Source of the DNA: Sphagnum compactum
Lineage: Eukaryota
Length of the DNA stretch: 64,000 bases
Assembly: GCA_965153455.1 (NCBI GenBank)
Contig: OZ234493.1
Coordinates: 36,074,213-36,138,212, forward strand
Direction of reading: 5' to 3'
Position numbers and translations under genes: made by a program
Shown: in pieces, positions 39,566 through 53,800 of the stretch
Layout of the letters: every line of letters starts with the position of its first letter
Numbering within the stretch: position 1 is the first letter of the stretch
Notes under the pieces: model-generated
Told to the model about the DNA's origin: nothing
Databases searched by the model: none
What the model saw: the letters and a program-made list of their open reading frames with translations, nothing else

Positions 39566-42035
39566 TTTACAGGACTTTAACCAGTAATTGTTTTCTAATG
39601 TATGTAAAGCACATGGTACCATCAATAAAATTTTGGCACCAACAGAGGATGGCACCTTACATGAAAGGTTCCCCAAAATGAGGAACCTTACACACAAGGT
39701 GCCTCCTCTCCTCATAGCCCTCTGTCTGTAAAAGCAAAATTCTAATGATTCTTTAGGTCTAGTAATGACTTCAAATGGGGCTGGTCCAAGATTTGGGGTC
39801 CAATGCTCAACTCCCACCTTGCATGGGACCCGCATTCCCAGAACAGCCCCATTCTCGGTCATTATCCCCTACTCATAATATCACCCCTACAAAAACAGGC
39901 GAAAGGGTTTTGTTTCATGGGGGACATTCCGTGTGTAATGGTCCACCTCTTTATGTCATCATATGTCTACCGTCCATTTTTTTCAAAAAGTTTATTCGTC
40001 ATACTTACCTGTTCAGTCTCTTTATGTTGAGCAAGGCCATCAGACAAAGTACAAAACTAGAATGTTGTCCTGCCCTTGACTGCTGCCATGCACAGGCTCT
40101 TATTCTGGTGCTGCCTTCATCCCATGGGCCATACTCCATGCAGTTTGACCCTTATTTTGCAGGCCCTTATTTTGGTAATGCCCTCATCATGTGGGCACTT
40201 TTCAAAAAAAAAGAAAAAGAAATTTTAATTTTAATTTTTAAAATTTTAAAATATATTTTGTGACCTAGCCAGATTATCCACAAGAGGCATTAGCTAAATT
40301 TGGCTACATGTCAGAGCGCAAAGTAGAAGAACCCTGCTATATTTCTAGTGTAACTTATTTATTAAATTAATTAAAAAAGCGCTATTGTAGGCACAGGCCT
40401 TATTGTAGGTACACTAGGTCGCTGCCTAGTAACCAACTGCTACGATCACGTACCAATTTCAAAACCCATGCGAGAGTCGCAGTAAGCACATTCTGGAGAT
40501 CAGAGCCCATTGATGGGGGCGGCCACTCAAAACACAACCAGGATCACTGTAGTCTGCAAACGTCATTTACGGCTAGACATCAACAGAAGCTGTAGTAGCT
40601 CCAGAGATTTTGATTAACTCACAGAAAAGTACAGATTTGTTGGAGGCATCTAATCATGAGCCATCATGAGAGCTGACAGAGCCTTGGTCAGTGCACCCCG
40701 TTCAGCTTATTAAGCACAAGGGGACTGACAAAATTGAATTTAATGCAATTAAATGTAAAAGGCACGCCCGTTGAAGGCGACCTTTGATTGCCAAAGAAAA
40801 CTGCGCACTTCAGATCTGTCAGGAGGTATGTACCTGATCCAGGGACGATGGCGCAAATTGATTGTTTCGGAACAATCAATTCTCTTTTTGCACCCCTTCA
40901 GTAAAACCAAAGAAGTAGTGTAAAAAAAAAAACAGCTACAAATTCTTTTTAAGGCTCCATGCAATTTGCATGTGTTTTTGCATGGGCAAAACCCACATGC
41001 AAAAAGACATGCAACATTTCAAGTACTAGGTTCACCAAGGCAACCTTTAATAAAAAAGAATTCAAGGCTCCCATTTGAACAATCTCATTGGCCACAAAAA
41101 AATTCTTCACCTAGACACAAGCCTATGAGATTACAACGTTTAAGTAATGTTCACCAAAGCAACTCTTCACATCTAGACACACAAGCGTATGAGACTATCC
41201 AAATATTTTCGGTGTCAGTTTACTAAAGATCAGAACTTTGCAAAACAATTCAAGGCTCCCATTCTAACAATCTCATTGACTGTATAGGCTTTTTTTCACC
41301 CCAAGACACACCCCTATTTCGCAGCAGTACATTTGTGTATATTTCATACACTAGTAAACTATATGGCTTATCTGTATATAGACAGGGTTAAACACCAGAT
41401 ACATATACCCAAATCAACCCAGATAACCGCACGAAAATGAGTCATTCCAAATTCATACAGGCAGAGATAGTTCTGCTTGCAAACTGAATCTAATGGGTAA
41501 ATTAAATCCATCTACACAGAGAAACACAAGAAGTTCAAACAATAGTCTGATTCAAGATTTTCAAAACGGGACAAATACACAGTAGTACAATATGAAAATT
41601 AAAGAACCATATGAAAAGGCATCTCTAGAACAGCAGACCCCTAGAACGCTAGAACTATAATAGATCACTAATTAAAATTTGGTGAAAACAAAGTGCTCAG
41701 TCAAATCTTACTTTGATCACGGATGTGGTGAGCTGAGGTTTAGACAGTGACTTGTGTGAGTAAGAGCCAAGCTTCTTCAATGCCTCCCAAACCCCTGTCG
41801 AGGTTGTGACTGAAATTGTCAATTTGATGATCATGGTTTTACTTTGCTTGCAATGTAGAAGGTGAGTCCGAACCACTACTCTGCACCACTAGTGTACAAA
41901 TGTGTATGTACTCACTCCTCTGTTTCACTAGTCACAGACCAAGGTTTAGTAAGTAAACTTGTTTCAACTTTCAACTTGCACTCTTACCTTCATGGAACAC
42001 AAAATTTGTGGGACTCCAAGTAGACACCCCCCCCC

Positions 42036-45000
42036 TCAGGCTGGACGCTGGTATACTGCCCCTGGCCGAAGGTCTTCTAATGAATTAAAATCCCTGAAAC
42101 TCCCCACCTCCCGCAGGCCTGACCAGCCCCTTCGTGAGAGAAACTCATGCAAATCCTCATCTGTGTAGAGTGTTCTATTCTCGGTGCTGCCTGTCATACG
42201 CCCATCATCATCGTACAAGCACACCTTCACTGTAAACCCTGAGATCAACAATAATCATTTTGCAAGAAAAAACATCAGTTTCATCTGCACGTACAATAAA
42301 CCTCTTCTACATGTCTCCTTTCAGTCCACACTACTGATATTCCAGTATATGGTGACAAAGTGACAAGGTTTAGGGTTTAGGCTAGTCATCAGTCATTAAA
42401 ACTCATATCCTCCAGATAGAACTACAGATCTTCTTTAAACCTGTTGAAAATTGATTATCAACATCCTCTCAGGTTGTACACAGAAACTTCAAGCAAATGA
42501 CATTTAGGACTCCTTAAAGTCACCAAGAAATCACTGTACCGAGATATACAAAGTTTACACTTGAAACATGCCCATGACTCATTGAGTCTGCAACTTGCAC
42601 TTTTGTGGTTGCTCTGACTTATTGTGCTACCTGATCTAAGGAGGATGACATGAATTGATTCGGGAACTCTGCAAGCAGCGCCCAGAATCTGCAGAGCAAT
42701 GCTAGGCTGGTCTGGTTTACAGGGTGACATAATGATTCCCAATTCAAAGACCTGTGTGACCCAGGAAAGTAATCTGTTGCAGAGAACACTTCACCAAAAG
42801 GGGGAAAAAAAACCCTTCTGATGAAAGAATTCAGAGGCATTAGCAGACAAGCAAAACAGAGTGAACAGAAAAAGGTGAGAACAGATGTGAACAGAGAAAA
42901 GAAACACAACAATGACCCACAGGCTTATGTCAGAATTTATGCTCGCTCAATTGGACAAGCTGAGTTTCTCAAATTAATGGCAAAAGAACGGTGGCACATC
43001 TAACAGGAAAAGAATGGAAGCCAGAATATATACATGTTTCAGGTAGACTGGAGCCTCTTGAACAGGGACTGATACTGACCAATACTAAATGAATGACACT
43101 CAGTTTTGTTCAACAGCCGTTTGGAAGACTGGATGCAGAACTTGTCTGAGAAGCACGTTTCACTATATGAAAACTTACAGGTATTTGTTTTAAGTTTACT
43201 ATCGATGATAATAACAATGACTGTGATAAGTCTAAATCAGAATGAGGAATGTTCAGGGACATGCCTGGGTCCAGATTGAGTGAATATTGGCCAGGTGGCA
43301 TGTCCCGGCTCAGCGGTTGGATTACCCCCTCATCATCTTCCAACCAAAACGGCCGCCGTGTTCGGAGCCCAAAAGATGTCTTGACAGACTCATTGATTGA
43401 TTTAAATGGCCCATCTACTCTAATCCGTCGTGTCATGTCCCCGAACTTCACTGCAACAACTTTTCCTCCAGATAATTGGCAATCTCCACCTGCATTACTC
43501 CACAACCATTTCAACTAAGAAAGAAAGCAGCACCCTTTACTACTGCCTTTCATAAATGGTGGTTAATTGAAAGCAGCTGCTCTCTTTATTTTCTTTGGAA
43601 TACTTCCTCACACTTCAAACTGCTCCACGAACAGATCCATCAACACATTTTGCATTGTTTACTGTAAAGTTTCATAGCAGCTCAAACATTGTTACTGACA
43701 ATGATCAGTGAGTGCATGGCATTTGATGTTAGTGACACTAGAGAGTATCTAGATGGAAGCTAATAATAATACAGAAAGCTGGAACCCATGAACAAAAGAA
43801 ATAGAACATCAGTATTCCCAATATAGGCTACACACACACACATTGGCACACATGTAGAAAGACTACTGGCAGAAAGACCACAACTGGGCCTGAGACTTTT
43901 ACCAATATTTCACTTTGTTCCATGCAAAAAACTGACAATAAATCTTCTGGACAGAGCATGCTTGGAACTTAAGGTCAAATCCAGCTCCTTGTGGTCAACT
44001 CCTTCTCATCAGGAAGCATAAGCATGTGTGTAAGAGCAAGACTGCATGTTTGCCTCCAGGCCACATGCTTACTTGCTTCTTAAACCAAACTTTCAGAGGT
44101 ACTCCTCTCAAAACTGACCCACCTTGATTGTTAGAACGAAGGTTAGGCATCAGTAAGCCTGCACAATTGAAATGGAATCTCTTGCCAACCTTGGGTGGTC
44201 CACATTTTTGAGAGAAAGCTCCTACCAAGTTGCAAGATCACAAATAATATCTCTTACCAGCCATGGCTCCAGATATATACTCATGACCTGGCCTCTCCTG
44301 GTTGATATCAGCAGGTTGTGATCTTTCAATTCTAACCAAACTTGACTAAGTATTTGAGAGACACTCGCTGGGACACTCACCCTAGTGGATTGTGAAAGTG
44401 AAAAGATGGATCACAGAAGAATTTTCTGATGATGGAAGCTTTTGTAATGTTGTCAATAGTAAACCCCAGAAAGAGAGACCATGATCTCACCATTAGCATT
44501 TGTATCTCTCCAACTCCAAGTTTGTGGAACACCACCGTTTGTTATGAAGGTTGGGGGGGGACCACCAACAGCATCAGCTGATGGTAATGCTGCTGTTGGA
44601 TGACCATTACGGTCCAACTGGCGCTCCACATTCAGCATTCTAGCAGATCCTGCCACCATATAATAGCCCTAGACTGATCATCCATACACTCTCATTTCTC
44701 TAACACTAAGTCATGGCAACAGAGACAGCAGTGCACAGTGGCAGTGAGATTCACAATGTAAGATTCAAGACATCTGTTCATATACAGCTTTATGACTGAA
44801 AGAGTACCAACTCAAGCCATGCCGCATCTTCAAACCAACCATACTGATCTTTGGACAACAGTGAAAGTTACAAGCTATTACGGAGTCTGTTCTTCAGTGA
44901 TCATATGACCCTATGAAGAACACCGCGTACTCATGAGAAAATAATTTCAACTGATGGAAATGCTCCAGAGTTCAAGACCAATCAACAAGCTCAATCACAG

Positions 45001-47155
45001 GACCATCAATTCCAAACAAGCAATATAGAATAACACAACATTTGTAGGATGGCTCTTGTAGTTGTGAACAGTCTTTAATCATTTGAGTAACTGGTACTTT
45101 CACATGAATGTCCCTGTTGCAGTGCCAAGGATTTCAGTCAACTGAAATACTCCTTTGCCAATGCACTGGACACCTCTTGTCTTAACAAAAGGAACCCACA
45201 AGTAACCGGGAATATAGGAACAGTGGTAAAGAACAGAACTTATAAGCTCAGACCACCATAGCTATGCTCTTCCAAAAGTGGTTAGAAAGGCAAAGGATAT
45301 TCTTTGCACGGTTTAACAAGCAAGCAGTTCAGGTCTTTTTTACCAAATGGTTCTACCCAGCATCATAGTTTCTCTTGAACAAATGGTGCTATGGTTCACA
45401 GTAAGATTGGCCAACAACTCTAGACCAGCCTCCTAGACTGGAAATAGTACCATGGGAACCCAGACCATATCAATGAAGCAAACACCAAAAGGTGATCAGG
45501 CAGCAAGCCAGATCAAGGCTTGAATCAATCAATGCTTGACTGATTGATTGACATTTGACTGCCGTCTGGCAAGGAACACAATTGTCACATATGATATTCA
45601 TCTTTTACTCATGATTATGAGTTTTGGCAGCGAGTTTTCTCATGAAATCTGTAGCATCTTCCAGGAAGTTAATAAATGGGTAAGTGCGGCTTCATAGCAG
45701 AGAAAGTGGTTGTTAGAACATAACAACCATCAGAAGGTGGTAATGCCAGAAGTTCCTACTACATCAGGCAGCAGTCAAGTAAAGCATTTTCTCTAGCAGC
45801 AACCAACCCAATTTGTAACTTAAACCGAATTGCACATGAAGACTCAACAAATATTATAACTTACAGACACGCCTACAGGAGGTATCAGCTACAGTGTCTC
45901 TTTTCTTTGTTCTCACAGTGTGACACAACCACATTCTTTAGGTGATGAAATCGTATGGGAACTGATGACAAAAGACTTGCAGAAAGCATGACATACTGCA
46001 CCTGGCCAGCATCAATGTCTAAAATTAAGCTGAACTTGAAACCAGAGAGGAGCAGATCATAACATTCTAGGCAGCCTTTTGCCAATTTGCATTCCATGAT
46101 GCTTGCCACAAGTTCACTGTCTTATGGTGCATTCCATGTGCCTTGCATATTTTTTGCTTCCAAAGGACTTCATAGATGGATGATTGCATGAGATTTGTTT
46201 GTAATATGATCTGTGCTCACTTCCACAGATCTATGTCATGGCAGTCAACATCCTGTTCAGCAGTCCGGCAGAACGATGGTTCCTGATCACTTCTCAAAAC
46301 TTCCCACCAGCAGCAGACTTCCAAGGTCTAGAGATCAACCTCAGACATGGATGGGGTGCACACAACTTTCAAAACTTTTCAACATCTGTACCTTGTTGCA
46401 ATGCATCCAGTTTGGCAGGGTTGCGATATGGGAGGGACTTGGCGCGCTCACTCAGAAGCTCCTCCAGGTCTTTGAAGCATGCAACTTTGGATGTGCCTTT
46501 GTCTTGAACCTTGGCCTTCTTGTACTCTTTCAGCAGATTGCGCCACTTATCAGTGCACATGGTAGGGGTGCGGTCATAGCCTCGCTCCTTCATCTTTTGG
46601 GAAATTTGCTCCCACAGATGCTTGTTACTCTTGGATGTGTTGAACATACTGTCCATCTCCTTGCGGTATGCAATCAATGCCTTGATCTCGTCCTGCACCC
46701 ATGTTTCCGCCCTCTTTTTGGGAGCCTTGATCTGATCATGATCCTCACTAGTTGCGTCTGGCGCTGGGGCAAGAAGCACCTGGTGTGCAGCAGTTGCCAG
46801 CTGCTGGGAGGCAGAAGAAGGAAGCTGTGGGAGGTGGGTGCCACAATAATAAATATATATTTTGTCACTACATGTCCATCTCCTCCATTCTTTCTCTCTC
46901 TTTGTAAAACAAATCTCTCAAGTCATGGGTCTTTACAATATATGCCCTCTCTCTCTCGTGTGTCTCTATGAAAACAACACCCATCTTCATCCCGTTCCTC
47001 AGAGCTGGACGTAAAAACAAAACTGCAAATGCATTACCAAAGAAAATATGATACAAGAAAGATAGATAAAGGAGGGCGGGACATGGTGATCATGCCTGAT
47101 GTTGCACTCGATCAATCTCAACTGCATCTCGCCAGCGGCTCTCACCTTCGAACAT
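42036..47155 (-). CDS. GT-1: Trihelix transcription factor, GT-1/GT-4 clade. Secure exons: about 46779-46392, 44649-44491, 43489-43265, 42238-42036. Best start model: ATG 47155-47146 spliced to 46763 (322 aa).
   Basis: [14 protein letters not shown]...[15 protein letters not shown]...[52 protein letters not shown]...[30 protein letters not shown]...LRPGAVYQ. Internal phases are consistent (all phase 1). The 5' end is uncertain. Confidence 0.92.
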
Positions 47156-48448
47156 CTTAGCGAGCTCGTTTATAATTTTGCTGTAGTTACGTACTTCCTT
47201 GCTTGCTTGCTGCAGCAGTGGAAGAAGATTTTATAGGTAGTCCTAACAAGGCTGGTTCTTCTTCTTCTTCGTCAAGGGTTTAAAGCAAGTGTGCTGTACT
47301 GAGGCTCCTCACTGAAATCGTCATCAGGAGCATCAATGCTCCAGCCCGGAGCTGCGTCACTGAGAAAGAACAGTCTGAAAGAAAAACACCAAAGGCCAGG
47401 AAGAAGAAGAATGAATTACAACAGGGCAGCTCTGTACGCACGATCAGGTTGCAAGTCTACTCTTCACATTTGCAGATTGATTCTGCATGTCAGAAACAAA
47501 AAAAAGTAGACGTAACAACATTCACTGCATGAAGTTTCCTCCATCAAATCCGTTCCACAAGAACCAGGAGAAGAAGCTTCGACAAAGAAAGAAGTTCCTA
47601 CGCAGAGTCCAGACAAGGGATCATTATCGCACCATACAGCGGATCATGTAACAAATATACTAAGACAAGAGACAGCCATTGGAAGAAGCTCATCATCTTA
47701 GGTTGATCGAAACGGCTGCAAGGCAGATTGCTCTCACATTCAAGAAACCGCAACCGGAGAAAAAAAAAGAAACCTACCAAAACAAAATATCCCGCGCACT
47801 CTTCATATATGACTTGATACCAGCAGCAACAGCAAAAGCAGCGTCCTCGAGTAGTTGCAGCAGCAACAGCTGTTCAAATTCATAATGGTCATAGAAAGCT
47901 CGTTTGATGTTTTCATCAATAAGCAAGCACGCTTACAAGCTTGCTGGCTGCTACACCTACTGGTGGAACCAAACCCACGGCTGCAATGTGAAAAGACTAA
48001 AACAGTAGTCTACTGGGAACGGATCTTGCTCGGAGGAGTAGACGATAGAAACCGATGATGATACCGGCTGGAGCAAGCAGAAGAAGAAGAAAAAGGCGGC
48101 AGCAGCAGTAGCAGAAATCTCATCGACAGCATCAGCGTCAGCAACTCCTCAACAACCCCAAAAGAAGAACAACACCAAAAACAAAACCCCCGGAGCACAT
48201 CACACAAAAGCGAGCTCTGTCTTTGTGTGTGTGTGGAATGGTTTGCTTGCTTGCTTGCAGTGGGGGTGGGTGTCTGGCTGGCTGTCCGCGCGGGTGAATG
48301 GCAGGCACCGCCACAAATCCGTTCTAGCATTGCCAGTAACCCTGCTTCCTCCTCCTCTTCCTCCTTCTCGGATTCTCTTTCTGTGTCTGTCTTCTCTTTC
48401 TGAGTCCGTAGCTCTTTTTTTTTTCTCTCTCTCTCTCTCTCTCTATCC

Positions 48449-48505
48449 GCCGGTCGCCCATGCATGCATGACCGGCGCTCCCGGGTTGGCCGGCCGGCCG
48501 GCCAT
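48449..48505. promoter_or_regulatory. GC-rich GT-1 upstream region with an RY repeat
   Basis: CATGCATGCATG at 48459-48470, flanked by inverted GCCGGTC/GACCGGC; a (GGCC)4 run nearby; (CT)n at 48425-48444. Confidence 0.4.
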
Positions 48506-50841
48506 CCGCGCGAGGGGAGGCTGCTGTTGCTGCGGTTTTGGGTTTTGTCCACTGCGCCGTCGTCGAACGTCCCGAAACAAAACGAGATCGTCAATTTCTT
48601 TAACACACTTGTATAAAATAAAAACCTAATTAATTTTGAATTTTTCATTTCGACAGATGAATATATTCGTTAAAGGAAGATTCAACATTTTCTGAAAATA
48701 TTTTAAAGGCCATATTCTACATCAGGTTCCAATAGGTAGCCAAAAGATATAGAATGATGCTTTAGATGTTTTTTACCTTGGTAAAGCACCAGCAGAAATG
48801 TGTCTCTGGAAGGCCCGTTACAAAGTAAACATTTTCCTCTGCAAAAAGGGGCGGTGGGTAGGTGTTTTGTTTTTTCAAAACATCTTGCCTCTATTTTTTT
48901 TTCTATTTTTTCCCCATGATACTCACCAAGTATCACAAGAAAAAAAAAGAAAAAAAAAAATTCTACCAAAGCTTTATTGGGGTAGGAGCTCGCTCCCTGG
49001 GAATTGGCAAACTTATATTTTGCCTATAGCCAAATTTGGCTACATCTGTCTAATTGAGGTCACCACTTGACGCCCATGTTACATCACAAAATTGAGAAAA
49101 ACAAATGGACAAACGAACAAACAAACAATGAATGGTTTGAGGTCCCTGGGTCACCTGACCCTAATAAATTCCCAAGCTTTCTATATCTGGAATTGGCATC
49201 TTCCCTATCATTCCTATTGACATGAATGCTAAGGAGAGATATTGCTCTTCACTTTAGGAGATTGGAGATGGGAATTGATTCAACTTTTGATTGACCCACA
49301 TTTTGGGGAACATGATGAAGATTGGCAATTACAATTGCACAGCAAAAACAGGACCACCAGCAGAATTTCCTCGGCTGCAGTCTGAAGTACCAGAGAACCA
49401 CTCATAACATGATTTCCATGTTGAATCAAAGTAAATACCGCAGTTCCTCTTCCCCCCCCCCCACCACTAGAACTGTAGCAACCCTGACCGTGTGTGATTT
49501 TGATGATTATTCACATCATGTCATACCACATTTGAAACGAAAAAGCTATTTACCCAAACCCTTTTGTAATGTTGAGCCCTGCTTGTCACAAACTTTGTGT
49601 TGTGAAGAATTTAGTACCATGGTACCTTGGCAGCTTTTCACACTAATATATTTTTCCAAAAAAATTATTTTTCTAAAGAAAATAAGAGAATGGGTTGGGG
49701 TTAGGGTTACCAGTAACCCCAGTTTCAGTATGAAAGCTTTAAAATTAATTCATTATTGGAGAGACATATGTTGAAGCTGCCCCTGTATTACCACCAAATT
49801 AAATAGAAAGAATGGGATCATCAAAATGTGGCCCTTTGGAGTGATGATTGAAGGTTTGGGGACTTTGGCTCTCCAAATGTTTTTTCTTGGGAGAGAGACC
49901 TTCAGCAAAGTTGGTGCAAGTACTGATTTCTAGAATTAACACCTCTCATATACTTACTCTTAACTTGGGTATTTACACATTTACCTCCGAACTTCACTTC
50001 TGGTACCTTAATCCAATATATTAAAGGATACATAATCTCCCCAGAGCCCAACATGCCGGATAATCATGCACTGACAAGACTCCATTAATGAACCCTGGAT
50101 GGGACTACAAATGTAGGACATATAATCTATTAGGGTTGCCTGGTTCAGACTGTTGTGCTATTTGAATGACACTGGAGGGTATGGCATATATTGGGTGCTG
50201 GGATTAAGTATAACATGGCTTATAATTGAAGCCTTGTTGTCCTTCAGAGGGTTGTGATCATTTCTATTTCATGGGCAAAAATAATTATTAGTCCCTCAAT
50301 CCAAAAGGCCAATGATCCAATCAATCCTTCAATCAGAAGGGCCTTTCACCTAAATTTCTTTCAAAACTTTCTCAATTGTATATGAATTTGAAAGCAAAAT
50401 TCAGCATTGAGTTTCTTTTTTGGTGAAGGGCAACTCTTGGTTAAATCAGTCACTTTGAAGGGTAGGGTGGATTTTAGCCCTCCACTACCTGCTCTTCATC
50501 AGGGCATTCTCAGAGCAAATGGGAACACTTCTCTGTGGACTTTCCCAGCTCTCAGTTGTATCATGCAATTTACTAAGTTAAAGGGGTCTACTTTCAGCCT
50601 CGGCACTTCTAGGGCATGTTCTGTAGTGGATCCACAAGTAGGTTGTGAACTATCATAGGATGATCGTTATGAATTAGCTGGGTAAGAAATATCAGCCAGA
50701 GTGAACAGGCACCCACCAGTACACCTTCAACTGGATGCTCAGTATGACTCGGATGTGGATAAACCTCAACTAAGTTAATAGCCAGTTTCACCTTCCTTCC
50801 TCATCAATGGCCATCCATCTTTTCTCTTTTCTTGTAAAAAC

Positions 50842-53800
50842 CAGTGTTGGGCAGGTATCACAAACACGCCCGGGCATCCTGGTCTGATCCCCTCAGGATA
50901 TCACCTTGAGTGATGCCTTCGCTGAAAACCGGGCATCTTGTATTATAAATAAATAAAAAACAAAACCTGCGAATGAAGTAAGGTCTAACCCTTTACCCAG
51001 ATCTGGGTCTCAGGGTTTAGCTGCCATGAAAACTTAGGGTTAGGTTGGAGCCACCACATTGCAACAGCTCCTTCCTGCAAACCCTAAAAATATGGATAAA
51101 ATGGTTATGTGTCTTGTCTCTCCTCATTGTCGTTTTTTTTTTCTTTTAGCATTGTTGTTTTGTTGTTGTTTTTGCTTTTGTTTTTGGTTTTTTTTCTTTT
51201 GTTGCCTTGCTGCATTCATTGTCGCACCTCGTTGTCTTGCTGCTTTCATTCCTTGTTGTTCTCTCACCTTGCTTGTTGTCACATCTTGTTGCTCTCTGTT
51301 CTCATGCCTTGCTGCACCTCGCTGTTGTGCCTTGTTTCACCTTGTTGTTGTGCCTTACTGCCCTATTATCAATGCCTTACCATTGCGCATCGCTACCATG
51401 CCATCATGCATCACTACCCTACCATCATGCCTTGTTATTCTGCCTTGTTAGTTGTTGGGCCTTGTTGCCCAGCCATCGCACCTTGTTGCCTTGCCATCGC
51501 ATCTTGCTACTCACCTTTTTCAAGTACCTCCTAGCCCCCTTCATTGTTGTTTCATTACCTTGCTACTCACTGTCATGCCTTGCTATTTTGCCTTCTCAAT
51601 TCATACTCCCTTCTCACTCTCTTGTGCAAGTGGAGGAGCTTGGAGCAACACCAACAAGCTTCATCCAACAACAAAGGTTTTTTTTTTCCTAGATTTCTTG
51701 AGTTTTTTTTTTCTTTGCTTTGTATTTTGTTTGTTTGTCATTTTTGTTTTGAACTGAATAATTTTGTTAGTGTAGTTTGTGAGTTTTAATATGTTGTTGC
51801 TTTGTTTGTTTGTGTGCAAAATTTAAATTCAAACATTTGATTTAAATCTAAAACCCTTAAACTTAAACTTATTTTTCCATGATGAGATGAAAGAGAAAAG
51901 TGAGTGATTTCTTGATAATTTTTCTAGCCTTAAACCCCATTGTTTGTAAATGCCTTTTTTAAACCTTTAAACCTATTTCCTTGTAAATGCATTTTTTTTA
52001 TTTTCTTTCTTTTCTTTCTTTTGATTAAAATTTTTATTAGAATTTTTGCATAGTTTGTTAAAGAATAGTTGTTTTTTACATTATTTTTGGACATAGTTTT
52101 TGTGAAAACTACCCATGGAACAACTCTCTGCAAATGAGAATGTGATAAATGAATAATGAAACAATTGAAATATGTATGATTGATGTAGTCTTGGAAGATG
52201 AGTTTAAGGAAAATCCAAGTGTCCAAATAGAAACAAGTAGAAATCCAAAAAATCACAATGAAAGAAAACTTGAAAAAATTGCATGCTCAAAGAAAAATCT
52301 CGAAACTAGGCGAAAGCATGGTAAAATAGACCAGAGAATTACCTTGTAGCAAAAATGGAAAGCACCCATCAAATAGGCTTGGTATTGAAATTAAAAATAT
52401 TATTTACTTTAATGTTTAATTATATGAAATTTTTGGACTTTGTTATAACTATATTTTAAAATCACATGTTTAAAGTAGGTTTGTATATATTCATCAAAAT
52501 CAAGCAAATGTCACAACCTGCAAAGTAGATTAAAATTCAAGCACAAGTAGATTAAATATTGGATCTATTTATTTAAGTCAATGGCATGCTAAATATATTA
52601 ATGGACTTTGAAAATTTTCATAATAGAATCAAAATATATTTAACGTCTAATGTATAAGTAGGAATGAAATGTAATATTAACCTGTTAGTTTTGGTTTTAC
52701 TTATTACCTACTTTTATTAAACTAAAGTTTTTGAAATTTTGTATTCAACTCATAAAATCTCAATGGAAGCATGGAAGCTTCCATAATGAGACTTTTTAAA
52801 AAAATTGAACCTATTTTTTTATGTTTATGTTGAAAAACTACCATATTTAAAATTTGGATTTATGTGGACGTACTTTTTGGTTCACTTTACCATGCTTGGA
52901 CCAAATCACATGGTAAAACTTCTTTATGTTGGAGTTTTTATTGTGTAAATGACAATGGAAAAGTTGATTTGGTAAACACACAAATAAATCATTGTATATT
53001 TTGTTATCAAAATCCAGTGATTGGAATAAATCTAAGAACTCAAATGAGGAAAGGATTGATGTTTTATTACACAACCAATGGAATAACTTTTCTTTAAAAA
53101 CATGTGGATGTAGATCATTCTTTTATTGCACAAAATTTTTTAAGAAGAAATGAACAGTCTATTAATAAGTACGAAGGAAAGACATGCATCAAAGAAAATA
53201 ACAAATCCATCTGGAGGGTCAATTTCTATTTTTTTTTTGTCAAAGATACCTTCAAAAAAGAGGATGTGTCACAAAAAGAATTTTTAGAGGACCTTGGTCT
53301 ATTAATTGTCAAGAACAATTTACCTATCCAGTTTGTGGAAAGTATGTGGCTCAAACGTTAATTTTTCATCTTTGTCCAAAATAAAACTTCCCTTCCAAAA
53401 GCAATTTTCACAAGACATATTACTAGAGTTAGTGGAGAGGACAAATGAATTATGTGTTTGTCTTGCATTGGTAGAATGTCATTTTGTAACAGCGAGTTTC
53501 GACCTTTGGATGTTTAAAGGAACTTACGATGTGTTTGCATTGGTGATTCATTTTTTAAGTAGTGATTGGCATCTCAAACATGTGACTATTGCTTATTTGA
53601 AGCAACAAAAACAATAGGGCAAGCCTTGGCCAAAAGTTTGATAAAATTGTTGGACAAGTATGGTTTAAGGAAAAAAATTATTGTTTATTCAAAGATGAAG
53701 GATTTAATATCAATGTAATAATTAATGCGTTAAAATTTGTTGTAAATTGTGAATATTTTGGGTTAGAAAAGAGCTTTCAAGGTACTTGTTTGGGACATGC

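Noticed and set aside
45865..45888. 24-nt candidate cassette exon in a GT-1 intron (would create TGA)
   Set aside because: Good GTAAGT donor but purine-rich acceptor; unsupported without reads.
46213..46971. 252-aa plus-strand ORF
   Set aside because: Antisense shadow of the trihelix exon.
48010..48648. 212-aa ORF upstream of GT-1
   Set aside because: Runs through microsatellites and GC-rich leader sequence; no domain.
51059..51789. Cys/Leu-rich ORFs
   Set aside because: Open in three frames because of a stop-poor low-complexity repeat.
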